A program made the translations under genes and the position numbers. A DNA stretch of 64,000 nt. Origin: Hyphochytrium catenoides. Its lineage: Eukaryota; Protista; Hyphochytriomycota. Below the pieces are notes generated by a model. It was not told the DNA's origin. It saw only the letters and a program-made list of their open reading frames with translations, and made no database searches. This document shows, piece by piece, positions 1 to 11,800 of this stretch. The stretch spans positions 63,814 to 127,813 of the forward strand of contig FLMG01002540.1 of the NCBI GenBank assembly GCA_900088475.1, read 5' to 3'. Every line of letters starts with the position of its first letter. Positions within the stretch are counted from its first letter, which is position 1.

Positions 1-2600
1 AGAGCGACTGATCAGCACACAAGAGCGCCAACGTTAAAAGTCTAAGACTTTGGTATCATGAAGAAGCCAGCTAAAGTGCAGGGGGCGTCTCAGGACAATA
101 CCTGGGACTTATGGGCCTGTAACGGCTTACCATCAATATTTTGTCCTTCATCTGCCTTTCTTATCATAAAGGCCCTGGTGAGGACATTAAGGCAACTCAA
201 TAGCACAGCGTCGGTCCCCTTCTTTCCTAGAATGGACAGAAGGTCTTCGACTTCCTCCTCGGCTGAAGAGTGGAAGTGCTGCAAGGCATCGCAAATAGAC
301 AAGCAACATGAGAGGCTCGTCCATAGGTTTGCTATGGCTGCAACTCATTAGAGTATGCTAAGGACTCCAAGGAGCCAACCACGTATAAACTCTCATGGAT
401 GGTGGCTTACCGTGTTACTGCAGCAACAAAGCGCCACGACTCGGAGAGGCCATCCGATGGTGGGGTACTTCAAACTTAGACGTTTTCCCATGTTGAAGAG
501 CTCCAGCATCGCGTCGTGAAATTGCTCTTGGAACATGGTGGATGGCAACTCCCCATTACTTTGGCGGTAACCGGGACCTGGAAGCGTTCAGACACTATCA
601 GGCTAGCGGAGGAAGAAGGAAAGAGATCTGATGTATACGAGTGAAAACTGACATGACAAGTGAAGCAATACGAAGACCGTCGTCCATACTTTCAATCTCT
701 GTCCTCAGCCATTGAGATAGGGTCTGAGCCATGGAATGCCTTAGTTCCCTCTTGCTTCCCTTCCCTTTCTGTAGAGGCAGCTGGGAGACGGGATAAGTAA
801 ACCTCCATCGAGTGGAGAGCCAATTGGTCCGCAAGTTTGGTGTCAATAAGAACGAAGAGGGCTACAAATCTGCCTTGTTGATGCAATCATCAAACATGTT
901 GATCCCGTCCTCTTCCTACCTGCATCTCCTTAAGTAGCCGTAAAATTTGCAACTGATGGCTGTCACTCTTAGTGGAATCTCCGTACAAGTCAAGGTTTAA
1001 ATACTTCAACATCTTGATTGTGGCTATGTTTGAGCTAAGGTCGTTTTCCCTTGGAAGCGATAGAGTGGCCACAAACTTGTCGAGTATTATCGAGACGCAA
1101 TATCTAGAGGATTTGTCCAGGGAAGAAGTGATATACGAGCCAAAGAGATAAGTGAGCCTACCATTACTGAACTGTTGAAGCAGTTTTTCACCAAGTTAGA
1201 CCACATTTCTCGTGATGGAAAGCGAATTCTACTGTATAGAGACTTTTAGGATCAAGAGCTTGCGAGCACAGTGGGTCGGCCAATAAGGCGAAAGCCGTAA
1301 GCACTGGTATAGGCAAATATCACTATGACCAAAAAACATTAGGGCGCACCAAGCAAAGTAGTACCGTGCAATGGAACCTAGGAGTCGGGCCCAGGCATCT
1401 TTTAGCCTATCTTCAGCACGCTGTATTGCCTGCAGGCGCGAATCATCCGGGACGCTCCTAAAGATGGAAGACTTCTTTCTTATAGGAGGATCAGAGTTTG
1501 GAGAAGAGAGATCTACTGAGACCACTGATGGCTCCGATTTCAAAGCAGAGCCTGTGCTTAAGGAAAAAGCGAGGTCCTGGATGGTCCGACAGAGGGACAG
1601 AGGAAAGGTCTCCAGAGGCGGTGAGGCCTCCACTGCTCTATGAAGCACTATGGCTGTAACCCAAAATTGGCCTAGGGAGGACGAGTTTGAAGATGAGGAA
1701 AGTAGTGAGGCAGCAGAAACCAGGCCTTAAGGAACGACAGAAACGCTGTTTGCTGTTACGGACAAGCAGCACAAATGCAGGTGCAAATTGAATGATGCCA
1801 CTGCGACAACTACCTCGCAGCTCTACGGTATAACAGACCACCCTCCTCTATAGCCATGAGTTGAGATCCTTACATTTTTTCTTATTCAGAAGCACTTCTT
1901 GGCGCGATTCTTCTGAGCCATCTTGCGACTCCAACTGAACTTCATGCCATACAAGCACCGCAGTCATAAACCGCTCTGGTAGGGCGCAAAGGGAATATCA
2001 TTTGCTTGGGCATAGGGACGAAGTAGAATAACTGATTATGTACCAAGCATAGCATGAGATACGGGGTCACATGTCCTCAAGATCTTTGCCAAGTCCGACC
2101 GCCATGAAGGCTGTAGCTGGGATGGATCGGAACTTTGATCCATATCACAGCCATCCTGGCCTAGCTTCTCCACATGCTTGTTGAAGAAAGAAGAAAGAGA
2201 TTCTAGGACTCCATGAATAACCGTAAGACCTGGCCATCTTCCGTCAGAAAAAATGCGCCACATATTGAATAGAGCAGCGCGTACCTGGCTCAGGAATATC
2301 CAGTTCCTGGAGTTTTGCTCTGATCAAAGTTTCATCGCTGGACACGAAGGAAGGAGAAGCCATCTGAAGTGCTCCCGTAGCCCCGTCCAGAGGCACCGCG
2401 GCAATGAATTTTCGTCAGCCTAGAAGTGGCTATCCCAGGAGCTTCACTGCCTCAACCGACATACATACTGCCCCACTGCCTCAACCGACATACATGTTAA
2501 TCCGACGCCGATCTCTGAGTCGCTCTGAAGAACTTTTTCAGGGCCATAGCCAAGGGAAGTGTTACCTCTTCCCGGGTTTCCCAATGTCTTCACTGTCACC
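1..2600 (-). CDS. Multi-exon helical scaffold protein, Furry/TAO3/MOR2-PAG1-like N-terminal part (continues beyond left edge; 5' end uncertain)
   Basis: Phase-consistent GT-AG exons, e.g. HAML|ERFMTAVLVWHE...NKKK|LLHRAVE. Segments 'YCVSIILDKFVATLS...IATIKMLKYLNLDLY', 'KYPTIGWPLRVVALCC' and 'LLSCLNVLTRAFMIRK' follow the order of Furry N-terminal blocks as I recall them (FPAVKKKFMAEL...GMKFFRIKMY; YPLVTCLLCVS; ALESLYRLLWVYMIR). Confidence 0.45.
2445..2495. repeat. Local duplication of CACTGCCTCAACCGACATACAT (22 nt, period 29)
   Basis: Copies at 2445-2466 and 2474-2495. On the minus strand each copy contains GTATGT, a donor-like hexamer. Confidence 0.9.
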
Positions 2601-3160
2601 TGAGACGGATTAGGACCGAGTCTGGAGTTTGGACACTCTTTCTTGACGGGCTCCGTTTATCCTTGCGTCCGGCCTGTGTCCCCGTCTGAAGTATCAGAAG
2701 CCCGCCCCATCTCTAGTTCCCTCTGTTGGTTCAATTGTGCCTCTTGGGAAGATTCACACCTCCCCCGGGAGCCTAATCGTGGACGCTCTAAAACCGTCTA
2801 GTTGGTTTTCAAACGGTCCAAACCTGCGGACCAATTCTGAAGTCAGAACAACTTTCTGAAGAGCTTTGTGTTGATGTTTCCGCCGCTTGTGTTGATGGGC
2901 GGGTCTCAACCTGCGCACTGCTTTGACATTCCTAGTTGCAAGCTGACAGAGATGGCCAAGAAGGGCAGATAAGATGCTCTTTGGCTGAGCCGAGCGTCTG
3001 ATACGATGCCAGACAGCTCACTGCAAGATGCAGCATCGACGTTGAGGAGACCTTATTAATGAGGACTCTTTCCACGGCGAAAGTGATAGGTACAAGGGAA
3101 TGGGTTGGTTGTGATTGAATGGTGCTAGATCAGCTCAGTGTGGGGTCATAAGAACTTCCA

Positions 3161-5191
3161 ATGAAGCCATCTATTATGGGGCCGATCAGGCCTCGGCTTG
3201 GAGCCACCAGAACAACTATAAAAGACTCGGCAAGTCAAATTGTGACAGAGCGTAAAGAAGATGGTGGCTCTGGTCTCCGACCTCCTACTGCTCGATTGTG
3301 TCTAGTGTATGCTATTTTGTTTCATGATGCCCTATTAACGATCGTCGCTAAGAAGTGGTCCGTTGCAGGTGTCAGACGTGTATCCCACGATATACCTGCC
3401 CTCGTTGCAACGTCCCGTACTGCTCGTTGCAGTGCTATCGGGTACTGATGGATCCCTGTTCATGGTAGCTTGTGCATACTCTAACCTGGGACCGTTATCA
3501 TCATCCTTCCTACATGCCTTGAAAATCTGTCCTTCCTTTCTGAAGCAACACAGCCTCCAATGCACGGAATCGTTTTATAAAGAGATGGTGGAAACAACAA
3601 TGCGAGGACTTCAGGAAGAAGACCCACAAATGAGGAAAAAGATGATAGACATTCTCTATAATGAAAAGGGAAGACGGGATTTGGATGCATCGCAACCTGA
3701 CTTCTCTGCTGACCAGGAGGTCGACACTGTGGTAAGCGACTATACCACTAACATAAGCAGACTCCGACTGATACCCACATAGGACGAAGAGACTTACAAG
3801 AAACTGAGAGACTTGGCCTTGGGTGGTCAATTAGATATCGAAGACCTGTCGGCAAAGCAAAAGGCCGAGTTTGCTCGAGCTATGGCTTCCGGGCGTTTGG
3901 CAACCCTAATAGAACCGTGGACTCCATGGTGGGAATGCACTCCTTCCGAATATGAAAAATTGACGCGACCAGAGCGATGTGGCAAAAGGTTGATACAGGT
4001 AGTAGGAGAGGTGAGTAGTCGTCCATTCATTGACTACTCTTTGGCAGTGGCGGGTTCTGGCTGGTGATGAGTTGCAGCCGAACCTAACGTAGCACACTTA
4101 GGGAGAGGAAAGGAAAGAGCAGTCGCCGATACTGAAGTCGGTGCGGCCGATATATCCTATCTCCGAAATTGGTACCGCCAATAAGAAGCAGAAGGAGACG
4201 TCTTCCCCCTCCACTGCCTTCCCTATTCTCTTCTATAACCTCGTGAACCTGTTGTACTGCTATGCCTACGTCCTTCGTGTCTACAATGGCGAGGTCGACG
4301 TGGATATTCTTGGCGCTGTGGAGCTTTGCTAGTAAGTGCGAAGGGCTTTTAACTACAGGACTTAGGAACTAGGGTATATGGCTAAAACAAACGGAAGGGT
4401 CAGGGTATCGATGGAACTCTTGCGGGCGGCTCCGCGTGTCGAACATCCCCAAAAATAGGTTACTGCGCGAGCACTGCATAGGGATAATTGCCAACCCCGT
4501 GCTGATTTGGACCCCTTTCTGATTTTTCTTAGTTGTCTTTGTGGAGTACTCAGTCGAGACCTCAAGGCCTCTTCCTGTCGGCTAGCCTTAGAAGATGCGA
4601 TCACAAGAGTCGCTGATCCCGCAACTTCTACTCAGTAAGTTACATTCCGTTTAGGAGAGGGAAAGGACCAAGAGGTGATGGGTTCGTAGGCGAGGCTTAC
4701 GGGATAAATAGCCCAGTCACGCCGCTGCCATTCATAGATGAGGAAGCAGGAGACAGTGGAGAGGAATGCGATGCGAATATGGCTTGAGGGACGGACTGTG
4801 ATCCGAAGATGGCTTTAGGTGTAGAGAATAACTAAGGCCTTTGATTCCCTTTTCTATTAGGTCGTGGGAAGCAGCTCGACCAGTTGCTATCGCCATCCTC
4901 AAGGACGTGGAGCAGTTACTGAGTAGCAAGCTGATGATTGTGGATGTCCTCTTCCACCTCTGCAGCCTTTTCAAAGAAGCAGAAGCCCATCTCAGAGCAC
5001 AGAAGAGATCAAAGGGCAAACATCATAAAGAAGGAGTAGGGAAGAAAACTCTCTTTTTGGCGGAAAAGAAGGTTTATTTCTTTCTTGACTGGGTGAACAC
5101 GTCATTATCAGACGAGCAAAGAGAGCTGTTGCGTGCCCAGGTAAAAGGGTTCAGCATAGAAATTGGACGAACTCGTGACAAGCCCGGGTAG
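3161..5191 (+). CDS. ZNHIT2: Zinc finger HIT domain protein 2 (multi-exon)
   Basis: Removing introns 3307-3368 and 3442-3545 gives CLVCQTCIPRYTCPRCNVPYCSLQCYRQHSLQCTESFYKE (zf-HIT). Followed by LIEPWTPWW, NLVNLLYCYAYVLRVYNGE and AEKKVYFFLDWVN, typical of ZNHIT2. All junctions GT-AG and in phase. Confidence 0.85.
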
Positions 5192-5298
5192 GACTGAGGT
5201 TTCGCAGATGCCGAACAGATAAGTTATATACAAAGATAAGGATCAATAACGGTTCAGCTATGATTGCTGCTGGAATGCCAAAGTTCTATGTAAGTGTC

Positions 5299-7226
5299 CT
5301 ATACCAAAGCCGGCTGCTGGACACAGCTATTTCTTGCTAAAGACAGCTCCAGTGTAGAGGCCATCTGCTCGAGTCGCAGTACTTCGCTGGCCATTCGGTG
5401 CTCATCCCTAAATAATGAAGAGAGTTCAGGCTCCTCTGTGCATTTAGGAGGCTCGTCTTATGCTGATTCTCACTGACGATGATCCGATGGCCCATATTTA
5501 CGACTTTCATTCTCTTCTGATCATCCTTCCATTGTAGGTGGACCGTCCTGCCGCTGTCTTACTTTCTTTTGCCTTAGCCTTGATCTTTGTCTCTAAGCTG
5601 TTACTCGGTCAACAATTCGACCTGATCAAATTCCCTTACCACCCTGAATCGGCACTTACCAAGACCGCCTTCTGACGTGGGTTAACCCAGGATTTAGAGA
5701 ACGAGATAAACTTGCCGCCGCCTTTCTCAGTGTTTGAGCCCCATGGACAAGCTCTTCGAGGCGCTGTAAGAGAGGAATGTTCTTCACTGCAAGCTCGCCT
5801 AAAGGGTTACCCTCTTCGGAACTATTCGGCTTCATAGAAAAGTGAGTACTTGCTTCTTGTCCTTGTCTCAGAAAGAGGCTAAGGTCCGAGTCAAAGAATG
5901 TAGTGCACCTACGGGTAGAGTGATGACAAAGTAAGGTCCAAAAACTATAGACTTTCTTATGAGTAGTGGGCTTAACCGTACCCTTTAAGCATATCGTTGA
6001 GAGAGACGAGAGCGTTGGACATGGCATTCTCGCGATCTGTCTTCTCCTTCGTAGTACGTGTGAGACTCTATAAGGCACTCGACTACGCAAGTAAGGCTGA
6101 GTACCTTGGGAGTTTCCTGTGTCCCTAGCTTTTTTGTTATCTGCTCGCACTCTAGGTGTGCGGCTGTCCGTGCCTTTGCACATGACCAAATCCAGCCCAG
6201 GATATGAGAGTTAAACTTAGGAGTGAAAGTAGATGTACCCGACGGGGAATATTCGCTCTTACCTTGGCTACGAAATCAACCATCTCTCGTAGATCCGATG
6301 TGGAAGGCAAGTCCTCCATCAGAGGGCAGACCAGCTATTGGAGTCAACGAAGCTAAGAATATGTTGAGCGACGAAGAGGGAGAGCTCTGAAGGTTCTACC
6401 TGAATGTCATGGGGAAACAATATACACTCGGTAGAGAGAACCTCAGCCTGTGTCAGGCAGAGAAATAGTTGCATGCTTAAACTGGAACGGAATACGTTAG
6501 GCACGGTAGAGAGACCTCACCTTGTTCTGACAAAAATAGTCAACGAGCTTCTTGGCTCCACTCACATCGTTGGGCTATTCAGAGGAAAGTTAAGGCCTGA
6601 GGGAGGACGTAAAGTCCGGACTTTTCCCCCCGAGTCCCCTCGAAACGATACAACTCTTCCAATGTACTTACTGCATCAAAGGCGAACAACCGTTATGCAC
6701 TTACAGTTTCCGTGACATTGACATCGACAAGGTCCACCAGGTCTAGCAAGAGGGGCACTTTAAGCTTTCCGGAAGCCAAGAAGTCTGCAGGCTTCATAGC
6801 CTGTGCAACTACGGTTATATCGGCTGCTCCGCTGTCCCAGGCACCCTGTCACCTAAACTTACAAACAAAGAGAGCCACCTGGAAACATCCCTCTTCTCGC
6901 CATCCTTATCGCCCGTAGAACTGTCCCCCGAACCTTCAGGTTGCTGGTCCCATATTGTTTGCCCAGTAGGGGCGGAGCCATGGTATCTGAACATGTAACA
7001 CTCAGTGCTAGGAGTATAGGACGCCAAAACCTACTCTGGTGACTCACTTCTGGTAAAGCCAGTGAAGAAGGCTGCTAACCCTGAACTGCAACTTGTTTTC
7101 CTGCAAATGGTCACCGGGACCGGTATTCCGTAGCGAATTGACAATGTGGGATGGGCAGTTGAGGTGGAGCAACCTCTGCCATAATTGCCCCGCCAGGTCT
7201 TCCTCCTCAGTGGTGGGCATGGTCAT
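5299..7226 (-). CDS. HAUS7: Augmin/HAUS subunit 7-like (multi-exon; both ends uncertain)
   Basis: Spliced protein has LWQRLLHLNCP...LLHWLYQK, LLLDLVDLVDV, KKLVDYFCQNKAEVLSTECILFPHDIQLVCPLMEDLPSTSDLRE (cf. AUG7 IFSEECKLFPADVQ...LPDVSELE) and LGELAVKNIPLLQRL. Confidence 0.65.
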
Positions 7227-7697
7227 ACCATCAAACAAATCTTAGCAGAACGGACTGAGAAGATCAAAGGGACCCGGACCGTTGATCAGTGAGGAAGGAA
7301 GTGGAGATAAGCAATCTATTTGCGTTGTCGATAGGAGACGCTGAATGAGATGAAAGTACCATTGATCCATCTCATCAGACGACCGATGATGCATGTTCAA
7401 GACCAGGACGACACACTTTACAATGGATCTCCCATCAAAATCGTATCACTAGTAACGCGGGAAGGAGGGAGGGCCGCTAACGCCTTCCTAGCAGAGCTTC
7501 TCTCTTCTCTGTTGCTTTTACAGTTACCAAACATTGGAACGGTCATGCATGCCCTTCATCCTCTGTGAAACAGTAGTACTAGGTAACCCTTAGTAGTTCT
7601 TGAATCATAATAAAAACTTCTCAACAGCAGCACCGTCCGGGCATCCATCTGCTGGTAGTATTGTTCCACCCAGTTTGATGCATCTACGTACGAGGAA

Positions 7698-8175
7698 GTG
7701 TAAGAACAGTAAGGTTCTTACGAAGCGAGTGCACAGAGCCGAGTAAGCGAAGGTTCTTGCTAATGAGTACATTATCTTCCTCACTAGAGTTCGTAGGACA
7801 CACAATCGTTCATGTCAATGAAAATGGTAGAGTGAGCAGTGAGGAATAATAGTATCTTCACCTGTCCCTAAGAAGTCTACTCATGGTACCTACTTCATAA
7901 GAGAGGGTTATGAGTAGCAGGAATAAGGTAGAAGCAACAAGAAGGTGAAGAAGAAGACGAGGGAAGAAGATATATACGATGTGTTTATATATCTGCCCAT
8001 CTACGACTGGCCTACAATGCCTCTGAGGTAAGTGTAAGTGCCAGTGGTGTGGGCACACGATGAGCTTTGTGGTATGGAGCTTGTGAGTTGTATGCTAGCT
8101 ACCAGTCAATGCCTGTCATCTTGCCCCATCTGTCATTGGATCCCATGTGCGAGAGTCCCACATGTTCCAACCGAA
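7698..8175 (+). repeat. Dispersed diverged repeat, inverted homologue of 63325-63762
   Basis: Shared colinear blocks with the reverse complement of 63325-63762: GAAGCGAGTGCACAGAG, AAGGTTCTTGCTA, CTGTCCCTA, ACTCATGGTACCTACT, GTGTAAGTGCCAG, TGCCTGTCA.CTTGCCCCAT. Confidence 0.85.
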
Positions 8176-8852
8176 AGCAAGCCCGGTGATCTCAATGATG
8201 ACGTTTACTACTATAAAGCTTGACGATGGCATTGCTGCCCGTTAGGTCTGAGGCTTCGTCCGGGTGAGGTGGTTCCTATGACCATCTATTAGGGCAATCT
8301 TCCCGCTTCAGCTTCTTTCCTGTTTTATAGGCAGCGTAGCTTTCGCTTTGTACATCAAGGGTCTGCTGTTAGTATAAGTTCTGCCATTTGCTACCATTAT
8401 CCCTTTTCATACGGTATTCTTAGCCTACACCTTTATGCTACGGGCCGGCATACTGCTCTTTGGCGGGGCTGGAAAATATTAGTAAATCAAGTCCGCCACG
8501 TGCAGGGTAGGTTAGCTCGAGCTATCACTCGCTGGCTCGAGATGTCCGTGGCGGGAACTGGAGAGCAACAACGACGCATATACAGAGAAGTGTGGAGGGC
8601 CTCAGTCCTCCTAGAGGCCCAAATAGACTGTCTCGATTAGAACAAATCTTGTTGCAAGTTAACCACCATAGAGCTTTGTACACTTTAGTGAACCGCACCC
8701 TCTCTCTTTTGTTGATGAGATGGGATGTAAGGCCAAGTCAGAGAATAAATAGAAACACTGCGCCCAGGGAATATGGAGGCGAAAGGAGCAGAGATAAGGG
8801 CAGAAGGATAAGGCACCAATTAACACACTTCACCAATTTACAGGCTACATCC

Positions 8853-11800
8853 TCAGTCCTCTTCTTCCCCTTCTTCGGCAAAGGAAACCGCACAGGCTGT
8901 GCCGATCAGATCAATGCAGCTTTCGATTTCCGTATAAATACTGAAGCAAGAGATTGTTAGCCCTGGGCAGTGGATGGGAGAGAGGGAACATCCCAGAGAG
9001 TTGAAAAGAGGACAGAAGAGACGCAACAGTTGGATCCTGACGAAGCATAGGGTAGGGGCATGGGGAAGAAAAAGCGGTGGCCGTAGCCACGTCACTTCAA
9101 TTTCCCTCTCCTACCTCTGGTTGCTAGGGCTAAGAGGCTTGACATGGGCAAGCGCTTGAGATAGTAGATGCTTGACCTCATTGGGGGTGAGGTTTGCACA
9201 CTCTCGGAGAGCCATAAGAAGAGTTATGCAGCTCGTTATTAGCTGAAACATCTGTTCTCCTTCTTCCTTTCTGTCCCCTAGTCCCGCACTTGTGGGGCTC
9301 TGATGCTGCTGAATCAACTTCACTGAAGAGTTGCGGCAAGCTTGCAAAATTTCTGAATTACAATGGAGAGGGGTTGAGCAAGCAGTTGTATGTCACATAA
9401 GGAGGCAGGAATTCACCGGGTAAGAAAGAGGTTCGGGGCAAGAGCAAAAACCGCTAACAAATGACTACTTACTGTCTAGGTTTTCCTTTTGCAAGCTGCT
9501 GAGTGTCAAGCTGGTTTCACCGTTGAGTGCAGCCCAGGGGGAGCGTTCCTGATTCTGCACATATAGGAGAAAAACGCGGAATCTTCGTTAGCTAATGGTT
9601 TAAGCTAAACATAGCCTCATGTGGAGTTTAATGGCTCGTCAACCTCTCCAGCAGATTCTTCATCTTCAATCTTTAGAAGGATATACACACTCTGCACTCA
9701 TTATTCATACCTGGATATGCGACAACTCTCTAAACTTCTGCATTGCAACATCAAGCACTTCGTTGGTCCGCTCCAAGTTCGCTCTCAGCCAGTTATACTG
9801 TGCTACGAAAGGACGGGGATAATCCAGTGTGCTTTGTCCAACCGTGGTGCCCTTAGCCTTAATATTAACAAAATGAGAGGATACAAATTCATCAGAAGCA
9901 GGTTAGCAAGGGTTGGCACTCTATGAGTCGACGTAAGGGCTTGTTGCGTAGAGTAGTAAAAGAGTGATAAGCACATCATCATCACAACGGTCTGGCAGTA
10001 GGTCTTAGAGAGAGCATTTAACAGACTTACCATATTACTTGCTTCCTGGTTCATCTCTTTCAATTCTGAGAGGATAGCTTCTTTCCTGTCGAGGATTCGC
10101 CCCAGCTTTGATAAAATGTTCATTTCTCGTGGCTGCCACTTGGGGGCTTTAGCCAAAGGCAGGGAGCGTCAGATGGGTTATCAGGAGAGGTCAGACATAT
10201 TTATCACCTTGCAGCATCCGTGCGTGATTTAGCTGGAAATGAAGCAGTTTCGAGGTCGACTCAAAGGTTTCATCAGTGGAAACCATCACCTGAAGACCAT
10301 CTCAGGTCAGTTCAACCGACAGAGATGAAGTTGTAAAGTTTAACGGTATATCAGATTTCGAAAGAGAAGCCATCTCTCTTCCCGTCAAACTCTGAGTTAC
10401 TAGGTAAAGAGGACAGTCTGAAGTTTTGACGGAAAGCATGACAAAGATAAAGGCCCACAATAGGTCCACATTGACAACAAGCCGAATCTTACCTTGTTCT
10501 GACTCTCTATGGCTGCTTTCTCAGTGTCACTGAGAATAGTCACACCCACAGAGGTTACTGGAATTTTGGCTCTTTCATGGAGGAGAGGTGGGGGGTCATG
10601 GCCCTGCAATCAGGGAAGTTAAGTCAGCGTACAGCGTTGTTCCTGCTCTTAGAGCTCGAGGCCACCTTTGCCTCCCTCGCCAACCTCATTCCTCTTTACT
10701 TCCCTATGTCTGCCCATGCACCACACAATGCCTGACATTTGGCTGGGAGTGATACCAATCTCCAGTGGTCCTATGGACATTTCTTCGTCCATCTCTGTCA
10801 ATTTCCCCATAGCTATCATGCTAATAAGTGCCATACCAGGATGGCAGTATCTGGGAGAAGTTCTACTCCGAGTTGTGGGATATCAAACTGCACTCGGTAG
10901 AGACATTCTGAGTGGTCCGCCGTCAAAATCTTCCCAACATGAAGTTGTTTTGCCTTTGGGTGGTACGCTGAATGGCAAGAAGGCACCCAGGAGAGTAAGG
11001 TTATGCTTACGGATGACTAAGATAAGGTCAACCACCGTATAACAGATAGCACCGATTCTTCTCATAAAGAAGAGAGGCGCAGGCATTACGGGGGTGGATC
11101 ACTTCGAAACATTAAGAGGAGTGGATTATGCTACAGTGCAACTAGGACTGTTACCAGTTACGCGCTGGCCCACAGCCAAAGCAGCAGGAACAGCGTATGG
11201 AAAGTCCTCGGGCAAAGGACGATTTGGTTGCTTCAGATAAGGACGTCGTCAGTAGTGTGTTAGTGCTCTCTCCAGCTGCTCTCGTTCTCCATGTGTCTCT
11301 CTCGGTCTCCTCCTTAAGCTTGAGCTTGCCAAGCTGTCGAGAATCATTGGGCTTGAAGTAGCCGCAGCTCTCTTTCCTTGACATTGCTTTATCCAAAGGA
11401 AACTCACCCTGTTCTTTTGCTGTGCTCGTATTTGGTGTCTATATTCCGCTAACCTTCTCCTTTCTGCTCCTAAAAAGGCGCGACTTAACCGACGTGGGCG
11501 TCCCATCGCAGCACGAAGGATGGCCCATTCTGGACGGGAAAGGGAGGTCACCTGCCCACACATATAGCAAGAGGCGTGCCGGAGTAAGGACATGTATTAT
11601 ATCAGAGAGCGAGAGGTGGTCACTGCTATTCACACTAAGACCTGGTCAGAAGACGACAAGTAGGGGGAGACAATTGAAGAAGACAACAGTATCAATAGAA
11701 GAAGACAACAGTATGAGAGAAGAGAGACATACAGAATGGAAGACACTATTTCCAGCAGCAAGAAGCTACTTAGGCTTTCGCTAAGCTTTGCATGACAAGT

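Noticed and set aside
7300-8230. C9orf72/DENN-like reading on the minus strand
   Set aside because: Most of it lies in the dispersed repeat shared with 63.3-63.8 kb and has stops in all frames. The downstream exons fit HAUS7 better.
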